From NCBI GenBank assembly GCA_016839785.1, contig JAEOTQ010000215.1, forward strand, positions 1-14,047: a stretch of 14,047 nucleotides of DNA. Direction: 5' to 3'. This DNA is from Candidatus Hodarchaeota archaeon. Its GTDB lineage: Archaea; Asgardarchaeota; Heimdallarchaeia; Hodarchaeales; Hodarchaeaceae. The position numbers were made by a program, and so were the translations under genes. Position 1 is the first letter of the stretch; each line of letters starts with the position of its first letter. Shown piece by piece: positions 1-8,041 of this stretch. A model generated the notes under the pieces. It saw only the letters and a program-made list of their open reading frames with translations. It was not told the DNA's origin and did no database searches.

Positions 1-492
1 ACAATACTTTTCTTGATTTTTTTCTTATTACTTTTGATAAGCGTATCCTCCTCCCATATTCTCTCAACAATGAGATTTCAGGATGAGGCTATTCAAAATC
101 CAACATATCGTGGTTTTCTGGAATTTAATTTCTTGTTTATTTCGCTTTCTTCATTCACGTTTTTTTTTCTTGTTAGTTTTTCTCGACTCAAAATAGATAA
201 TAAGAATTTGAGCGTGCTTGTCAAAATTGGCTTACTTTCTTTCCCATTATTCCAAGTTCTTTTCACTTTCTTTTCTGTCTCGTTTGCACGAAATCAGTAT
301 CAATTTCTTGGTTTTGGTAACGGTACCATTGATTTCCTCTCCATTCTCTCTTCTATTGTTCTTCCTATTGTTTTAGGAGTTACCGGATTCAGTTTAGCTT
401 TTACTGATCTCTTCCCCATCTTCTCTCCTTTTTTATTCGTCTGTACTTGTCTGTTATTGTTTGGACTCGTTATAAATAAATTGTATCCTTGA
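1..492 (+). CDS. Multi-pass membrane protein, 5' truncated by the window edge
   Basis: Frame is open from base 1 (ACA ATA CTT TTC TTG...) to TGA at 490-492, so the listed start at 13 is probably internal. About 5 hydrophobic segments. No family recognised. Confidence 0.7.
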   Translation, partial: TILFLIFFLLLLISVSSSHILSTMRFQDEAIQNPTYRGFLEFNFLFISLSSFTFFFLVSFSRLKIDNKNLSVLVKIGLLSFPLFQVLFTFFSVSFARNQYQFLGFGNGTIDFLSILSSIVLPIVLGVTGFSLAFTDLFPIFSPFLFVCTCLLLFGLVINKLYP

Positions 493-555
493 AACTTTAG
501 CTTAAATCTTTAACCTACATCCATTCTTTTTCTCGTAAACTTTGTTCTCATTCTA

Positions 556-641
556 TTTGCGGCCCGTTCTCCCCGCCGTCCTGCGTAGGGGCCTGTGAGG
601 TTCTTCCTCGGTCCAAGAATCTCCTCCCCTCCTTTTTCTCC
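556..641 (+). repeat. Dispersed intergenic repeat, copy 1 (long form: core + linker + polypyrimidine tail)
   Basis: TTTGCGGCCCGTTCTCCCCGCCGTCCTGCGTAGGGGCCTGTGAGG...; 35/40 identical, ungapped, to 7891-7930. 566-641 aligns to 9196-9270 at 58/76 with one gap. Confidence 0.9.
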
Positions 642-913
642 CCCTTCCCTCTTCTTTTGTGTGGTTGCAGCTTTTCACTAATATCGGAACGTAAAAAATT
701 AATGAAATCCATCCTTCCTCCGTAAGATTCTATAAGGAGAATATAAAGATAAAATAAATCATGCTAACGAGCTCTTCTACAATATCATTTGATTATGTTT
801 TTTTAAGCAAAGGATAAAGCAAAACAATAAAAATGGGAAAAGACAAGCAGGAGTCGCCGTATGTCATCCATTTGTCTTTTAGGTCTTCAAAGAATATGAG
901 AAGAGGAAATGAT

Positions 914-2581
914 GTGAAGCGAGTAAACCGATTACTAATAATTATTCTTTTGTTTGAATTGACTAGTTGGACTATTGGCCATGAACTTCATCACAATTTG
1001 GTAAATGAAGTTTCTAATGAAAAAATACAAGGGGAACCATTTGGTTATGATAAACCAATTTCCTCTATGATTAGAGTTTCCGATGTTAAAAATATTGTCC
1101 AAACTTCTGCCCCAGTCTTGACCCAATATTTTAACCATGCTCCCATCTCTATCGATGGAAATGCTGATTTTACCACCCAAGCAGGTGTAGAAAATTGGTC
1201 TGGTGATGGGACACCATCGAATCCGATTGTTATTGATGGACTAAATATTACAGGGCCCCCTGAAAGTGTTTTGATTAAAATTAATAATACCAATCTTTAT
1301 TTTCAAATCTCTAATTGTATTTTAGGTGAAGGCTTTATAGGAATTGATCTCGACTACGTTTCAAATGGATTAATTGAGAAGAATATTATTTACAATAGTA
1401 ACGATATAGGTATTACTTTGTGGGTCTCCCACAATATCACTATTATCAGTAATTCAATTTTTGCCAACGACAGAGACGGAATTCTTGTCTATTATTCTGA
1501 TGACAATGTCGTCCAAGAAAATTCTATTTATAATAACGACGATGATGGGATTCGACTACTTTATGCCGATTTCAATCTTGTTAAGAATAACATTATCCAT
1601 AATAACAGTGCTGGTTTACATGGCGGAATTCTCTTACGTGGGACTCATAATACTTCAGTGACAGGTAACACTATCTTCAATAATGGTTGGTATGGAATCT
1701 GGTCGGATCACACTAACGTGGCAAATCTTCACCTCAATAATATTTTTAATCATAGTGCTCAAGGAATGCGTATTTATTCTTCCAATACTGCCCAAATTCT
1801 TGGTAACGTTCTTACCAATAACACTAATGGAATTATGGTATACGAATCTGATAACTCATTCATCAACAGTAACACGATAGATAATTGTGTTGAACATGGG
1901 ATATTTCTAGATTCCTCATCCAATAATTCAGTAACTTATAATAACCTCAAAGGGAATAACCCAACTGGATTTGTACTGGGTGATTTACAAGCTTTCGACA
2001 ATGGTGCTGATAACGTCTTTATGTATAATTATTGGCATGATTGGACAAGTCCTGATGATAATGATGATGGTATAGTAGATGTCCCCTATCTTATTGATGG
2101 TTCAGCGAATAACCAAGATCCTTTTCCACTCGTTTTTCCAAATCCACCCTTTCACTTCCTAACAGTCCCAATTGTTTTATCTCTGAACGACGGAGAAACA
2201 TATTCAGGTGATGTCCCAATTTACTGGACAGGGAGTATAGATTCCTTGGGTCATTCAGTCACCTATAGAATTTCTTATTCGGCTGATAATGGGACTACTT
2301 GGGTTACATTGGAGTCTGGATTTGTGACTACTTCATATGACTGGGATACAACCACCGTCCCTAATGGTATCAATTATTTGGTGAAAATTAATGCGAGTTG
2401 TTCTGAAGGATTATGGGAAGCTGACACTTCCGATAATAATTTCGCAATTGATAACCCCACCCCACCCTCAACTTCAACGACAACAACGACGACCAGTACT
2501 GGTACTAGTTGGAATGGTCTACTGAGTTTTCTTTACATTGGTCTTATATTAGCATGGAGAAGAAGTAAAAAGTCACCATAA
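914..2581 (+). CDS. Secreted, C-terminally anchored right-handed parallel beta-helix (NosD-like) surface protein
   Basis: ORF 833-2581; likely start is GTG 914 (GAGG at 903-906, followed by signal peptide KRVNRLLIIILLF), with ATG 896 as alternative. Repeated GI.L..S.NN.I..N.I.NN beta-helix rungs, NYWHDWTSPDDNDDGIVDVPYLI...DPFPL cap, a beta-sandwich (Fn3/Ig-like) domain with YSADNGTTW...WDTTTVPNG, S/T linker, TM helix and RRSKK tail. Confidence 0.85.
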   Translation: MKRVNRLLIIILLFELTSWTIGHELHHNLVNEVSNEKIQGEPFGYDKPISSMIRVSDVKNIVQTSAPVLTQYFNHAPISIDGNADFTTQAGVENWSGDGTPSNPIVIDGLNITGPPESVLIKINNTNLYFQISNCILGEGFIGIDLDYVSNGLIEKNIIYNSNDIGITLWVSHNITIISNSIFANDRDGILVYYSDDNVVQENSIYNNDDDGIRLLYADFNLVKNNIIHNNSAGLHGGILLRGTHNTSVTGNTIFNNGWYGIWSDHTNVANLHLNNIFNHSAQGMRIYSSNTAQILGNVLTNNTNGIMVYESDNSFINSNTIDNCVEHGIFLDSSSNNSVTYNNLKGNNPTGFVLGDLQAFDNGADNVFMYNYWHDWTSPDDNDDGIVDVPYLIDGSANNQDPFPLVFPNPPFHFLTVPIVLSLNDGETYSGDVPIYWTGSIDSLGHSVTYRISYSADNGTTWVTLESGFVTTSYDWDTTTVPNGINYLVKINASCSEGLWEADTSDNNFAIDNPTPPSTSTTTTTTSTGTSWNGLLSFLYIGLILAWRRSKKSP

Positions 2582-2610
2582 TTTCTCCCTCCCTTTCCTC
2601 ACCTTTTTCT
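2582..2610 (+). repeat. Tail-only fragment of the dispersed repeat; may also act as pyrimidine/oligo-T terminator of the beta-helix gene
   Basis: CCCTCCCTTTCCTC (2587-2600) is identical to 9256-9269 in the copy 4 tail. It starts right after the stop codon and is followed by CCTTTTTCT. Confidence 0.45.
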
Positions 2611-2679
2611 GATCATCCCTTTCGTAGTATAACCTTCTTTATCTTTCTTGGGTTGTTATTCCTCTTTGGCTTTGATTTC

Positions 2680-3213
2680 TTAGCTCTTTTTGTTGCTCGT
2701 TCTTACCGTCGTCCTGTGCAGGGGTTTGTGAGGTTCTCCATACTTCTTCTGTGACCAGTACCAAGATGCTAATGATAGAACTGTTGTGATTAAGCCTGTG
2801 AAAAGGAGGAGAAATGTACCCACTTGCATCCACCCTGGCGGTTCTTGCCATGCTAAAAACTTTCCAGATACTGAGAAACTTGAGTTTAACGTGATTAGGA
2901 TATATTCTTTGGGTTCTACTGTCAGTCTATAGAAAGAACCGTGATGAACAAAGGTCTCATTGAGAAAGATACTCAATGTGTTATTTGCTTTAATCGTTAT
3001 ATGAAGCCGCGAATTAGCGTAATAAGGAAATTCAATCCTATAATTGTTATACTCGGTTAAATTAAAACGTTCAGTTCGACCATAACTGGGCACAAGTGTG
3101 GGATAAAACATATATGTGAAACCGAGAGAAACTAGTCCTGCGAATAGGAGAAGTGTAGAACAGCTCAGCGCAATTAGAGTGATCCTGTTTGGCCGTTGCA
3201 TGTAATTCCCCAT
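2680..3213 (-). CDS. Membrane protein: N-terminal TM, small extracytoplasmic beta-rich domain, C-terminal TM; tail encoded by the repeat
   Basis: 177 aa ORF with two hydrophobic segments flanking a domain carrying N-X-S/T sequons. Last ~20 codons overlap repeat copy 2. Confidence 0.75.
   Translation of the reverse strand: MGNYMQRPNRITLIALSCSTLLLFAGLVSLGFTYMFYPTLVPSYGRTERFNLTEYNNYRIEFPYYANSRLHITIKANNTLSIFLNETFVHHGSFYRLTVEPKEYILITLNSSFSVSGKFLAWQEPPGWMQVGTFLLLFTGLITTVLSLASWYWSQKKYGEPHKPLHRTTVRTSNKKS
2689..2742 (+). repeat. Dispersed repeat, copy 2 (short form), inside the 3' end of a minus-strand CDS
   Basis: TTTGTTGCTCGTTCTTACCGTCGTCCTGTGCAGGGGTTTGTGAGGTTCTCCATA; 35/40 identical to 7891-7930. 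Confidence 0.9.
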
Positions 3214-3280
3214 CTTTGAGAGGGTCTATTTTATTAATGATTCATCATGGTGCTGTATTATGTGAATTATTATATTAATT

Positions 3281-3730
3281 TCAATAATCTTTAATAAATC
3301 CTAGTACTACAAAAAAAAACAGAAGAAGAGCAGCTAGAGGATATATCCATCGAATATAGGTTCCAAAGATGTGAAGATAGGTCGTGGGTGAGGAAGGGGA
3401 CATTTCCCTCATTACTTTGGATTTTTCCATATTCCAAACTTGTTGTCCGACTGTTCTAGTGAACGCATAGATACAAAAGGAGAGAAGAACTAATACAATC
3501 ACGGATTTCTCTATTTTTTCAAAATTCATCATCATTAAAAGAATAATCACAAGAAAAACACAGGTAAGTAGCATAAGTGAAAACTGAACTGTAGATTTCT
3601 TTGTAACAAGAGCTAATTTCGAAAGATAGTTGTTTTTATCGCTTAATCGTGCTTTCGTTATAGCATTAATGTTCAAATCCTTATGTTCTGGTTTTTTTCT
3701 TTGTTTATTCAGATTATCTTTCAGATCCAT
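3281..3730 (-). CDS. Hypothetical membrane protein (3 TM) with basic N-terminal region
   Basis: 149 aa ORF with three hydrophobic segments; GAAGGAAAA upstream of the ATG. Confidence 0.7.
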   Translation of the reverse strand: MDLKDNLNKQRKKPEHKDLNINAITKARLSDKNNYLSKLALVTKKSTVQFSLMLLTCVFLVIILLMMMNFEKIEKSVIVLVLLSFCIYAFTRTVGQQVWNMEKSKVMREMSPSSPTTYLHIFGTYIRWIYPLAALLLFFFVVLGFIKDY

Positions 3731-3812
3731 GGAATAATTTTCCTTCTTCTTATCCTCTGTTTTACTCTATTCTACAAATAGATTTTAGTAACTTTTAAAT
3801 TCTTATTTTACT

Positions 3813-3836
3813 CATTGCTCTCCTTCAGGGAGAATG
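3813..3836 (-). terminator. Possible small stem-loop downstream of the wHTH gene
   Basis: CAT..TCTCC-TTCAG-GGAGA-ATG inverted repeat about 30 bp past the stop at 3868. Short stem and no U-tract. Confidence 0.2.
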
Positions 3837-3867
3837 CGATAATCTGGGTAGTGAATGGTTTCGTTTC

Positions 3868-4368
3868 CTAAAGTATTTTCAAGCGATACAGCCGATAGGT
3901 TTCCCACCAACAGACAGTTATTCCAACTACGCAGAAAATCACAAAAAGAATCCGATCAAAAATTCCCGGAGCGATCGTTACCATCCATATCATGCTTAAG
4001 AATAGTAAACTGGTAAAAAAAACGGCGAGGAAGAAAAATCGGGGTAATAATATCCCTCGAAATCGGATAAAATGTTGCAGTACTCCCACTGGGACGTATT
4101 TGGTTAAATAATATTTTCCCGTCTCGTCTTTCTCCGTAATTCCTAATGTTAAAAGCTTATTCAAATGATGAGATGCAATACTTGGACTTGAAAATTTCAA
4201 TTCTCGTGTTAGTTCTCTTACAGTTACCTCTGAATTGACTAATAAATACCAATAGGTTAATAGCGTTTTTCCCGTAAGTTGCGATTCAATTTCCTCTGTG
4301 TTATTCGCAGACGGCATGGGAGGGCTCTCCACACTCCTAAGAATGACTCTGTGCTTTCGATATTTCAA
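3868..4368 (-). CDS. Membrane-tethered winged helix-turn-helix (ArsR-like fold) transcriptional regulator
   Basis: LTGKTLLTYWYLL...VTVRELTRELKFSSPSIASHHLNKLLTLGITEKDETGKYYL is a typical wHTH, followed by LLPRFFF and two TM helices. Start is either TTG 4368 or ATG 4317 (GGAG upstream). Confidence 0.85.
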   Translation of the reverse strand: MKYRKHRVILRSVESPPMPSANNTEEIESQLTGKTLLTYWYLLVNSEVTVRELTRELKFSSPSIASHHLNKLLTLGITEKDETGKYYLTKYVPVGVLQHFIRFRGILLPRFFFLAVFFTSLLFLSMIWMVTIAPGIFDRILFVIFCVVGITVCWWETYRLYRLKIL

Positions 4369-4374
4369 ACAAGA

Positions 4375-6612
4375 CTAGATGATTGAAAATTCTTTCCACG
4401 AAATCCTTGACACGGGGATCATAAGCAGGGTGAGAGTTGCCTGAGAAATGAACTTTTCAGTCGCTATGAAGCTTTCTACCCATGAAGGTAATTCAGGTAT
4501 GGCAATTCCCTGATCAAGAATTTCTTGCCATGTTTCATCAGTCAATCTTTCCGCTAGAGGTTGTTTAAACTCGTAATAAGAGAATGTTGCTCCACGTGAG
4601 AGTATTAATTCTCCATTCACCTCATTTACTGTAAAGATTATAAATGGATTACCCACTCCTTCTTCTAATACTTTTCCCGAGTTTGGATCCGTATGTACAT
4701 CTGCTACTAGTGCCATTCGATTATCTGTATCCGTATAATATTCCGATTCATTGATATTGACTATAGATTCTAGAGTATACCCGATATTTTCTATCAGATT
4801 TAATTCACTACCACTCAAGGGTTTGTTTTCTAATTCCTTAATCGTGATTTCGGTTAAGCTAAATAGTGTTTCTAGAAGCAATGTTAAGCGATTATTGATG
4901 ATTTCTGGCATCAAATTTCTGCTGTTCAATCCTTCAAAGGTCATTGAGGCGAGGCTTGCTAAACGAGCAAATAATTCAGGATTTGCCTCAACATATCCCT
5001 GTTCAGGTTCAGGTGGTAATGATGTAAATTTAGTATAACTTTGCTTTGCATAGAGAATCGTATCATGTCTCAATTCTGTCCATGATCCTAATGCTGTTAT
5101 TAATTCTTTATCTATCCAAGCAGGGGTCTGCATATACGTTGGATAACCCGCACCTTTCGGATTTAGTAAGGGGGTCAATGAATACAACCATAACCAGTAC
5201 AGGTTTTGCGTCCATACCGTAAGGTTATAGAGAGCAAATTCATTTTCTAATTCGTTTCTTTTGGGAAGATAATCAAGATATTTAGTTGCTTCTTCTACTA
5301 ATAATTCTTTTGATCGATTTGAGCCGAAGACGGCAAAAATATCTAAAGCTGTGGGGAACATCCTATCACCCACACTATCATGGACGAGAGTCTGGAAGAT
5401 ATATGAATCTGGAATAAATCTTTGTCCCATAAAGCGTAGACCTTTTGTTTCTGTACTCGCATTTAGGTATTCAGGTACAAGTGATGAGACTATCCGGGGA
5501 TTGTGATAAACGAGCCCTTCTTGAATAATAGCCTCTATTAATGAGTTATTTTCCAAGATTTCAAGATCGACTGGGGAGGAAAGGACTTCTTCGATCATCT
5601 CTATATAATCTGTGTAAATCAGATCATCTGCACTCCCAACAAAGAAGACTGTTGGATCATAGATATCTGACCAATAGTCTATATTCTCTTCTGCTTGAGC
5701 TATTCCTAGTGTTAATAACACTGCTTGTCTGGTTTCATTTATTCCTCGATTATCGCTAGGCTGTAACCGAAAACTCATTCTTCCATACCACATCATGGCT
5801 TTGAAAAATTTTTCTAATTTTTCGGTTCGAGTATAATGGCCTCGTGGTTTGTATTGAGAATAATCTACCCGATATCCAAATAAGGGTGATATGGCCATTG
5901 TTGAATGGGCTTCTATTAATTCTAGTTCTGCCTCGACCAGTGAATCCACGTCTGGGTTGTTATATGATGTGGGGTCAAGCAAGGCCTGTGCAATTGAGAA
6001 GTATGCCAAGTTTTTACGAGCTGCTTCTTTTACATTAGGAGAACTGAGTGAATTGTATTGAGTTTGTGAAACATCAATCATATTCTTTGTAAGATTAAGG
6101 AGGAAATGCCAAAAGATATCGCCTTCTATAGTGCGAAGGGCATTATCATACAGAACATGATAGGCATGAAGTACTGCATCTGTTGTAATAAAACTGGGAA
6201 TTCCATGGTCTTCATTCTCTGTGTATACGTCATATATTTGTTGATAGTCAGACGGAATTACGACAAAACCATTTTGTACTAAAAGGCTTTTAGCTTCCCC
6301 TGTTAATTCTTCAAAGAAACGGTTTGATGGATTATAGTTTTTTACATTACTTAGATCAGAGGCAAGTGTGTAAGGTTGGAGGCTGGGTGTAATACTGAGT
6401 GAGGCTTCATACGGAACATATGTCCCAAAACTGGTCTTTACTGGTTCAGGAATAGTGTACAAAGGTTCCTCTCCGTCCAGACCTGGAATTTGTAGTTCTC
6501 CAAAAAAATTACTTGCCAAAAAAACTCCTGAAAACACCACGATTATTGTTAATAATATGCCTCCTCCTCCTTCTCTCAGAATTCTCCTTTTTGTTGGGTC
6601 ATCTAGTGCCAT
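4375..6612 (-). CDS. DUF3160 domain-containing protein with N-terminal membrane anchor
   Basis: Family motifs FITTDAVLH.YH, DYSQYKPRGHYT, AMMWYGR, FMGQRFIPDS, NLYWLWL, LGSWTELRHDTILYAKQSY, GYVE.NP, ALVADVHT, FSYYEF, RLTDETW. Start ATG 6612 (GAGG upstream) or 6624. Confidence 0.9.
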   Translation of the reverse strand: MALDDPTKRRILREGGGGILLTIIVVFSGVFLASNFFGELQIPGLDGEEPLYTIPEPVKTSFGTYVPYEASLSITPSLQPYTLASDLSNVKNYNPSNRFFEELTGEAKSLLVQNGFVVIPSDYQQIYDVYTENEDHGIPSFITTDAVLHAYHVLYDNALRTIEGDIFWHFLLNLTKNMIDVSQTQYNSLSSPNVKEAARKNLAYFSIAQALLDPTSYNNPDVDSLVEAELELIEAHSTMAISPLFGYRVDYSQYKPRGHYTRTEKLEKFFKAMMWYGRMSFRLQPSDNRGINETRQAVLLTLGIAQAEENIDYWSDIYDPTVFFVGSADDLIYTDYIEMIEEVLSSPVDLEILENNSLIEAIIQEGLVYHNPRIVSSLVPEYLNASTETKGLRFMGQRFIPDSYIFQTLVHDSVGDRMFPTALDIFAVFGSNRSKELLVEEATKYLDYLPKRNELENEFALYNLTVWTQNLYWLWLYSLTPLLNPKGAGYPTYMQTPAWIDKELITALGSWTELRHDTILYAKQSYTKFTSLPPEPEQGYVEANPELFARLASLASMTFEGLNSRNLMPEIINNRLTLLLETLFSLTEITIKELENKPLSGSELNLIENIGYTLESIVNINESEYYTDTDNRMALVADVHTDPNSGKVLEEGVGNPFIIFTVNEVNGELILSRGATFSYYEFKQPLAERLTDETWQEILDQGIAIPELPSWVESFIATEKFISQATLTLLMIPVSRISWKEFSII

Positions 6613-6654
6613 CTTTCCTCTCATTCCATCTTTTTTGATTAGAATATTGTGTTT

Positions 6655-6890
6655 TCAATAAATGGGGTTGTACATTATACTATACATTAGAACACCAGCT
6701 GTCATTTCTTCACTTCCAAGTTCTACTGGTTGGTACAGTTATCCTAATTCTGTCTCTGCTTCATGTAAAATCATTCTGTTAAAACTGTTGAATTACCCAA
6801 CGTTCTTCTGGGGAAATAGAGTAAGAAAGCAGTTTCATTTGCTAGTTCTCCCTTGTGATCCTTGAAATCCCATTTATATTCAGCAACATG
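6655..6890 (-). pseudogene. Possible decayed gene fragment
   Basis: Protein-like minus-strand pieces (HVAEYKWDFKDHKGELANE / SPEERWVIQQF / NRMILHEAETELG*LYQPVELGSEEMTAG) are separated by frameshifts and one stop. No family recognised. Confidence 0.25.
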
Positions 6891-7002
6891 TATAGATATT
6901 TTTGTAGTTTGAATTATTCTGGATCACTCATGATTCGTTACCTGCTATGAAATGTTTTAGTTGATAGTATATTTTTGCATTTATTTTTCTCTTGGATTTC
7001 AG

Positions 7003-7809
7003 TTAAGACTTGTTATCTCCACTCTCAGTTATTGGAAAAGAGTTTAGAATCTTACTGATCCATATTATGAATGGGATCATGATAAAGGCCGCAATAAATA
7101 AAAAGATTATTCCAATATATAGACGGGAGAAAATCACTTTGAATATTGCTACATAAAAATTCCCGTATTTTTCTGGACGGATAAAATTGGGTTCGTAGTT
7201 GAACCACGGTCTGATAAACCATGCCAATTGAGTACCTATAAAAGCTAGGGTTCCTACAGCGACAGCTACAGGTATTAAGTTCTTCAATGTTACGACTTTG
7301 GCACTCCGTTTGTCAACAAATTGGACGCCTTCCACCATGTAAACTATCGAAATCAGACCCCCGAGACCATAAATGACCAGGTTCAGAAGTACCATGAAAA
7401 AATAGGAATCAGTATCTCTTGGTGAGGTAATCATAAAAAAAAGATTCACTGGAACGAATGCGAGAAGAATTGTCGTGTATATTGAGAAACTTGAAAGGAA
7501 CAAAGATGTGAGTTGTATAAAATTATTTTTTCCTCCCATGGTCAGATTTACGATATAAAAGCTTGGAAGGACTACAGCTATTGAGATCAAAAAGAGCAAG
7601 GGGACTTTCATGGCTGAGAATACAATCTGTATCGGTTCCCATGACCACACTCCCATTGTAGCTCCATAGAGAGCTCCAAAGATCGTAAGTGAAATCGTTG
7701 CATCACGGATAATTGCAGTTAATCCTTTCTTCTCTATCACAGCTGTATAGAATTCCTCTTTATTTCTGAGTATCCTCTCGAAAAGAAGAAGATTTACCAT
7801 CCTAACCAT
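7003..7809 (-). CDS. Multi-pass membrane protein of the family commonly annotated 'actin-binding WH2 domain-containing protein' in bacteria (Yip1-like topology; no WH2 motif visible)
   Basis: Motifs recalled for that family: RILRN..EF, ALYGATMG, SAMKVPLLFL....V.LPSFY, ILLAFVPVNLFF.IT....Y.F..LLN, FIGTQLAWFIRPWF, GNFY.AI. About 6 TM segments. Confidence 0.75.
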   Translation of the reverse strand: MVRMVNLLLFERILRNKEEFYTAVIEKKGLTAIIRDATISLTIFGALYGATMGVWSWEPIQIVFSAMKVPLLFLISIAVVLPSFYIVNLTMGGKNNFIQLTSLFLSSFSIYTTILLAFVPVNLFFMITSPRDTDSYFFMVLLNLVIYGLGGLISIVYMVEGVQFVDKRSAKVVTLKNLIPVAVAVGTLAFIGTQLAWFIRPWFNYEPNFIRPEKYGNFYVAIFKVIFSRLYIGIIFLFIAAFIMIPFIIWISKILNSFPITESGDNKS

Positions 7810-7845
7810 CTAAAATTTGAGTTTTCTAATAAGGTGTTTTTATCG

Positions 7846-7859
7846 TATATAAACTTTTC
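7846..7859 (-). promoter_or_regulatory. Archaeal BRE + TATA box for 7809(-) gene
   Basis: Minus strand reads GAAAAG-TTTATATA, ending 37 bp upstream of the ATG. Confidence 0.65.
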
Positions 7860-7890
7860 AAAGAAAGAGCTTAATTTGCTAGAAATAATG

Positions 7891-7953
7891 TTTGCGGCTC
7901 GTTCTCACCGTCGTCCTGCGTAGGGGTTTGAGAGTTTTCTCCATTTCCCTCCT
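7891..7953 (+). repeat. Dispersed repeat, copy 3 (short form), between divergent genes
   Basis: TTTGCGGCTCGTTCTCACCGTCGTCCTGCGTAGGGGTTTGAGAGTTTTCTCCATTTCCCTCC; closest to the consensus. Confidence 0.9.
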
Positions 7954-8041
7954 GTTTTTCAAACCTAGCTTATCTTAAATATGGGTTTTATTCAATGTTT
8001 TAACCACTTGAAGTTTCATAAATAGAATCGGGGTTTAGCAA

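Noticed and set aside
496-506. TTTAGCTTAAA near-palindrome, with its reverse complement at 9133-9143 and AAAC(C/T)TAGCT at 7961 and 8319, all near repeat copies
   Set aside because: Short and AT-rich with inconsistent spacing and orientation relative to the repeat; cannot be separated from chance without a genome-wide count.
935-1880. Short ORFs 935-1180, 1045-1293, 1461-1661, 1683-1880
   Set aside because: Nested in or antisense to the well-supported beta-helix gene; no recognisable motifs.
2466-2508. ACN-rich microsatellite-like run (ACGACAACAACGACGACC)
   Set aside because: Explained by the Ser/Thr linker codons.
2639-2851. 70-aa minus-strand ORF
   Set aside because: Out-of-frame overlap with 2680-3213 and partly made of the repeat.
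4751-6865. Short plus-strand ORFs 4751-5038, 5541-5759, 5844-6038, 6455-6661, 6662-6865
   Set aside because: Four are antisense shadows of DUF3160; the last has no RBS or motif support.
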